Assembly (NCBI GenBank): GCA_943357745.1
Contig: CALRGN010000001.1
Location: 1 to 57,531 of the forward strand
Reading direction: 5' to 3'
Source: Candidatus Uhrbacteria bacterium
Lineage (GTDB): Bacteria > Patescibacteriota > Patescibacteriia > UBA9934
DNA: 57,531 nt
In this document: positions 53,795 to 57,531 of the stretch, piece by piece
Position numbering within the stretch: the stretch's first letter is position 1
How the letters are laid out: each line of letters starts with the position of its first letter
The notes under the pieces: model-generated
Seen by the model: only the letters and a program-made list of their open reading frames with translations
Told to the model about the DNA's origin: nothing
Databases searched by the model: none
Made by a program: the position numbers and the translations under genes

Positions 53795-55840
53795 TTATAT
53801 CACAGCTTCATCATCATTTGCAGTTTGGTCAATCGTTGTTTCCGGCCAAAAACCGTCGGTTGATTCCCCAGCACCGCTCATTCCCAAACTTTTCAGTCCG
53901 TAGTTTCCAAGAAATTGATTTTTCCCGCGCATGTTAGGAACGCTAAATCTTTCCCCTTGTTTAAAAAGACTCGGAGAAAGTTCCTCCAAAAATATAGATT
54001 TACGTTTATACTCAAACTCCTCTCTGGTGCTAGTGGTAGGATAAGTAATCGTCAATTTTAATTTTGCTCTAGTGACTGCCACATATAACAACCGTCGTTC
54101 CTCCGATAATTCCAAGTCTGATTGAAACGCCCTTGGATGTGGAAAATATCCTTCAGCTAAATGGATTAAATAAACACTCTCCCACTCCAACCCCTTGGCT
54201 TGATGAATAGTAGACAGCACCACTTTCGCACCATATTGTCGTCTTGCCGCTTTTTCTCCCCCCTCCCACTCTCCGGTAAGCGTCACCGCCTCTAATAATT
54301 TATCCAAATCAGGATAGTCTTGACAGAACCTAGCAAACTGTTCTAGATCATCAAATCTATCTTCAGCGTTTGGATATTGTGCCACCAAATATTCCCGATA
54401 ACTCACCGATGCGGTGAGCGCTCTTAAACTCGCACTTAAATCAGGCGCCGCCAAGGCTTGCTTTAAAATCATCTTCGCCCTCTGCCAACCTAGGTCGGCT
54501 TTCTTTCCCCAACTAACCGACACCTCCAAACACGCCTGCAAAGAAACCTGACTGATCGCCCAGTCCCCCATTTTTCCAGCCGTCGCCGGTCCCACTCCCG
54601 CTTGCCATCTTAGAATCCTAGTCCAGGCTAATAAATCTTTATGATTTCCCAATAGCCGTAAAACACAAACCGCATCTTTAATATGGGCTCTATCAAAAAA
54701 CCGTAACCCACCCCGATAGTCATAGGCCACTCCCTGTTGCGTGAGTTCAAATTCCAAATATTGAGAGTGATAGGCCGCTCTGAATAAAACCGCTATTTCG
54801 GATGGACCCCTACCTTCCTGAATTTCCCGCAGAATCGCTTGTGTTAAAAATTTCGCCTCGGCGCGATCATCAATAAGATCCACCATTCTAGGGCGTTCTC
54901 CACTTGGCAAAACTGCTTTCAGATCTTTTTGAAATTGACCAGGATTATTATCCAACAGCTCATTGGCAACTGCTAAAATTTCTGGAGTTGACCGATAATT
55001 AACAACTAATTTAAAAATCTTCGCTCCCGGATATTCTTTTTGAAATTCTAGAATATTTTTCACCTCGGCCGCTCTAAATGAATAAATACTTTGAGCATCA
55101 TCTCCCACCACCAACAAATTTTTATGCACCGAGGCCAATAATTTCACAAGCCGTGCTTGCACTAAATTTGTATCCTGATACTCATCCACCAAGACATAAA
55201 GCAATCCTCCAGAAATTCGCTCAGTACTCCCCCCTTCAAGCAGTGCCAATGAATCCGTCAGTAAGTCATCAAAGTCCTTACCTTGTTGAGAGATTTTGAT
55301 GGACCGATAGCGCTGTAACACCTCCTCAATCTCGCCTCCAATGTGACACCAACTTGAATACTTATCTGCCAATAACTCAATAATTTTTAATCCGGTATTA
55401 GCAGCATAAGAGTTAATTGCTTTTAGTAAAGCTGGCGCCGGAAACTTTCGCAAATTCAAGGCAAACCCGCTTTCCTTGACCGCCATCTTCATTAACTCTA
55501 AAGCATCGTCCTCATCAAAAATACCGAAACTAGCCCCTTGCTCTCGCCGTAATAATCGGTTACACCAAGAATGAAAAGTTCCCGCTTGTACTCCACTAGC
55601 TCTATCGCCCAAAATAGTTTGCAACCGATTAATCATCTCTTTAGCCGCCTTGTTGGTGAAGGTAAGTAAGAGAATTTCTTCCGGCTTAACCCCTTGTCCC
55701 AACAAATAAGCTACTCTATATATTATCGTTCTAGTCTTACCACTCCCTGCCCCCGCCAATACCAAAGCATAGCCATCCCCTCCTAAAACCACCGCCCGCT
55801 GCTCTTCATTCAATCCTCCTAACAAATCATCGGTCATCAT
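53795..55840 (-). CDS. UvrD/PcrA/Rep-type superfamily 1 DNA helicase
   Basis: AGAGSGKT, VDEYQDTN, GDDAQSIYSFRAA, NYRS, TIHQAKGLEWESVY and YVAVTRAK motifs. No nuclease domain. Confidence 0.85.
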   Translation of the reverse strand: MMTDDLLGGLNEEQRAVVLGGDGYALVLAGAGSGKTRTIIYRVAYLLGQGVKPEEILLLTFTNKAAKEMINRLQTILGDRASGVQAGTFHSWCNRLLRREQGASFGIFDEDDALELMKMAVKESGFALNLRKFPAPALLKAINSYAANTGLKIIELLADKYSSWCHIGGEIEEVLQRYRSIKISQQGKDFDDLLTDSLALLEGGSTERISGGLLYVLVDEYQDTNLVQARLVKLLASVHKNLLVVGDDAQSIYSFRAAEVKNILEFQKEYPGAKIFKLVVNYRSTPEILAVANELLDNNPGQFQKDLKAVLPSGERPRMVDLIDDRAEAKFLTQAILREIQEGRGPSEIAVLFRAAYHSQYLEFELTQQGVAYDYRGGLRFFDRAHIKDAVCVLRLLGNHKDLLAWTRILRWQAGVGPATAGKMGDWAISQVSLQACLEVSVSWGKKADLGWQRAKMILKQALAAPDLSASLRALTASVSYREYLVAQYPNAEDRFDDLEQFARFCQDYPDLDKLLEAVTLTGEWEGGEKAARRQYGAKVVLSTIHQAKGLEWESVYLIHLAEGYFPHPRAFQSDLELSEERRLLYVAVTRAKLKLTITYPTTSTREEFEYKRKSIFLEELSPSLFKQGERFSVPNMRGKNQFLGNYGLKSLGMSGAGESTDGFWPETTIDQTANDDEAVI

Positions 55841-55884
55841 AGTAATTATTATTATGCCAAATTTTGGTTAACAAAACTAGCCCA

Positions 55885-56069
55885 AGAATTAAGGGATTGT
55901 TTAAGGGTGGTCGCCAAAGAGCAATTTAAGATAAACCTTAGAATTTTGGAATAGAATCAACTTATAAATTTTGAGGTTTAGCTGGGCTAAGCTGAAAAAT
56001 TTTAAGCTGATTATAGCTAAAATTATAAGGTTTAGATAATTGCCAATTTGGCGACCGACCCTTAATTCT
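55885..56069. repeat. Imperfect inverted repeat (about 18-23 nt arms: agaattaaggg...ttaagggtggtcgccaaa versus tttggcgaccgacccttaattct) bracketing 128 nt of AT-rich sequence
   Basis: The reverse complement of 56047-56069 is agaattaagggtcggtcgccaaa. The left arm is at 55885-55895 plus 55901-55918. The right arm overlaps the -35 region of a TATAAT (56072-56077) promoter. Confidence 0.7.
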
Positions 56070-56134
56070 GCTATAATCCAACCATTAATCATTTATGCCC
56101 TGAGTCCCTTGTAAAACGGGCTCCAGTAGACCAT

Positions 56135-56731
56135 ATGAATCATTCAATGAATAAGTATCTTGCCGAGGCGGTTGGTACTTTTGGTTTAGCGTTTGCAGTT
56201 GCCCTCGCCGTTAGTCAAAGTTTTGGACTCACTCCATTCTTGGCCGCGTTAGTGTTAGGTGGCTTTGTTTACTCCATTGGCTCAATTTCCGGAGCTCATA
56301 TTAATCCCGCCATCACGCTTGGACTTTTCTCAATCAATAAAATCTCATCTGGCGAGGCGGTTAGATATATCCTAGCCCAAGGAGTTGGTGGGGGAATCGC
56401 TTTACTAGTTTTGATGGGAATGGGAATTACCGCTACCGTTTCAGGATCAGAATTTTCTTGGCCCATCGCCATTGCAGAAACGGTTGGTACCTTCTTCTTT
56501 GCCTTTGGCGTTGCTTCCGTAGCTACAGGCAAAGCACCAGAGAGCATGTCTGGCATAGTGGTTGGCAGTTCTCTACTGATCGGAATCATCATTGCATCTC
56601 TCCTTGGATCAGCCGGAGTCCTCAATCCCGCCGTCAGTATTGGCCTAAACTTCATCAATCCTAGTTACTTCCTCGGCCCAATCGTGGGTGCCATCCTAGG
56701 CATGCAAGTCTATAAAAAATTGCAGGGATAA
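56135..56731 (+). CDS. MIP-family channel (short aquaporin / glycerol-facilitator-like)
   Basis: Two NPA boxes (HINPAITLG and LNPAVSIG) and 6 TM segments in 198 aa. Confidence 0.85.
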   Translation: MNHSMNKYLAEAVGTFGLAFAVALAVSQSFGLTPFLAALVLGGFVYSIGSISGAHINPAITLGLFSINKISSGEAVRYILAQGVGGGIALLVLMGMGITATVSGSEFSWPIAIAETVGTFFFAFGVASVATGKAPESMSGIVVGSSLLIGIIIASLLGSAGVLNPAVSIGLNFINPSYFLGPIVGAILGMQVYKKLQG

Positions 56732-56763
56732 CGGAACGCGTCTAAGTGACCTGGTCTACAATC

Positions 56764-56788
56764 AGTTTGCTTTGCAAACTCCATTTTT
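56764..56788 (+). terminator. Intrinsic terminator after the MIP channel gene
   Basis: agtttgc-ttt-gcaaact stem-loop followed by ccattttt. Confidence 0.65.
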
Positions 56789-56811
56789 AAGGAACCGTTA
56801 TACACCCCAGC

Positions 56812-56841
56812 TTGACTTTTTGGGGATTTTTTGGATATACT
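56812..56841 (+). promoter_or_regulatory. Sigma-70-type promoter (TTGACT - 18 nt - TATACT) for cassette D
   Basis: Hexamers read directly from the sequence. Followed by AAGGGAGG 5 nt before the ATG at 56864. Confidence 0.5.
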
Positions 56842-56863
56842 ACTAACACCAAGGGAGGCAAAG

Positions 56864-57531
56864 ATGTCAGAACTGAACATTGCTACCCTTCGTAGAAGGG
56901 TAGAGTTTCGCTGGCAACGGTTCTCTGGTGCAAGGCAAGCCAAGAATTTGCGCATGCCTATCAGTGCCCTAAAACTCACCGAGGATCCAAATCCAACTGA
57001 AATTGAGGGCGCAAGGGAACGCAAGAAATTGTTCATTTACGCAATTTGCGAGGGTAGGTATTACGAGGCCGTCAGACTACGGCCAGTGAAAATTAGCGCC
57101 TCGGCTAATGATTTCTTCCGGATCGGTGATTTGCACTTTGGCGATGAGGAAGCTAATGGCTACGCCACCGATCCCGAAAGCCACCTTTTTACCCTTCTAC
57201 TAGATGCCCAAACCCTCGTCACGCTTGGGCCACCGGTACGATTTTTGGATGAATTGGATGCCCTCCTGCAATCCGGAACCGCCCAGGCGATTCTGGAAAA
57301 ACTTCAAGAGGTGAAGCATGGCTCTAATGGGAACTGTGAATGTCCAATCTCATATCGCTCTCTCCCACCGACCGATCCCAATCGCTGGTGGCATGACCAT
57401 CATGAGGTCTTCAATCAGTACCTCATTGCCAGAATTGGCCAGGCGCACTGCAGGGCAAAAATTCTGAGAAAGCTACAGGAGTGGGAAGATGGTGGGAATA
57501 ATGTAACCCCACTCTTCAGCGGATCCCCAAT
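56864..57531 (+). CDS. Orphan hypothetical protein, cassette D (at least 222 aa, runs off the window end; absent from the ORF track because it has no stop)
   Basis: My translation is MSELNIATLRRRVEFRWQRFSGARQAKNL...NGNCECPISYRSLPPTDPNRWWHDHHEVFNQYL..., open to the window edge. Strong Shine-Dalgarno. 31/60 G+C in line 57061-57120. Confidence 0.55.
   Translation, partial: MSELNIATLRRRVEFRWQRFSGARQAKNLRMPISALKLTEDPNPTEIEGARERKKLFIYAICEGRYYEAVRLRPVKISASANDFFRIGDLHFGDEEANGYATDPESHLFTLLLDAQTLVTLGPPVRFLDELDALLQSGTAQAILEKLQEVKHGSNGNCECPISYRSLPPTDPNRWWHDHHEVFNQYLIARIGQAHCRAKILRKLQEWEDGGNNVTPLFSGSP

Noticed and set aside
55901-56092. 63-aa minus-strand ORF in the uvrD-MIP spacer
   Set aside because: The translation is AT-rich and low-complexity, and it reads across the inverted-repeat element. 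There are no initiation signals.
56710-57036. 108-aa minus-strand ORF
   Set aside because: It is antisense to the SD-led cassette D ORF and runs into the MIP gene's terminator and 3' end. The plus-strand frame is much longer and has proper signals.
1-57531. An alternative genetic code (UGA recoding, as in some CPR lineages)
   Set aside because: Standard-code translation gives full-length, motif-complete housekeeping proteins. TGA is used as a stop, for example in the ATGA overlap at 15969-15972. There is no sign of in-frame TGA interruptions.

Overview
The window is 57.5 kb of a compact bacterial chromosome with about 42-45% G+C in the lines I counted. Most genes are on the minus strand, and many gene junctions are tight or overlap (ATGA type). 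Most of the content is housekeeping. It includes a metG 3' fragment, serS, lysS, greA, mreBCD plus PBP2, murB/murC/hpf, glyA-folD and dnaB. It also includes ybaB-recR, rplU, tgt, ftsEX, bcp, msrA, typA, dnaG-rpoD, two UvrD-type helicases and two tRNAs. This content is compatible with a small-genome, Patescibacteria/CPR-like organism, but that is inference only. I found no rRNA genes, CRISPR arrays, transposases or integrases. The most unusual element is a six-gene minus-strand operon (21048->14386). It encodes very divergent homologues of complex I / group-4 hydrogenase subunits: NuoB-like, two antiporter-like proteins, a possible NuoH-like protein, a small membrane protein and a NuoC-NuoD fusion. 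The NuoB-like protein has one cysteine and the NuoCD-like protein has two, so neither an Fe-S cluster nor a NiFe site can be ligated. That would make it a cofactor-less, Ehr-like module. Other points worth a second look: (1) Four G+C-rich orphan ORFs sit singly between core genes, each with a strong Shine-Dalgarno and, where the ends are visible, its own promoter and terminator. (2) A FemAB/GNAT-like gene lies directly upstream of a tRNA-Gly(CCC) with a non-canonical T-loop. (3) In-frame tandem-repeat insertions occur in MsrA, the NuoCD-like protein and RpoD. (4) The Tgt homologue lacks the zinc-site ligands. (5) A 720-bp ORF-poor spacer carries duplicated sequence modules. (6) Several operon-head genes have a -10 hexamer exactly 6 nt from the ATG, suggesting leaderless mRNAs. 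All homology calls come from motif recognition by eye and from memory. No database search was run.
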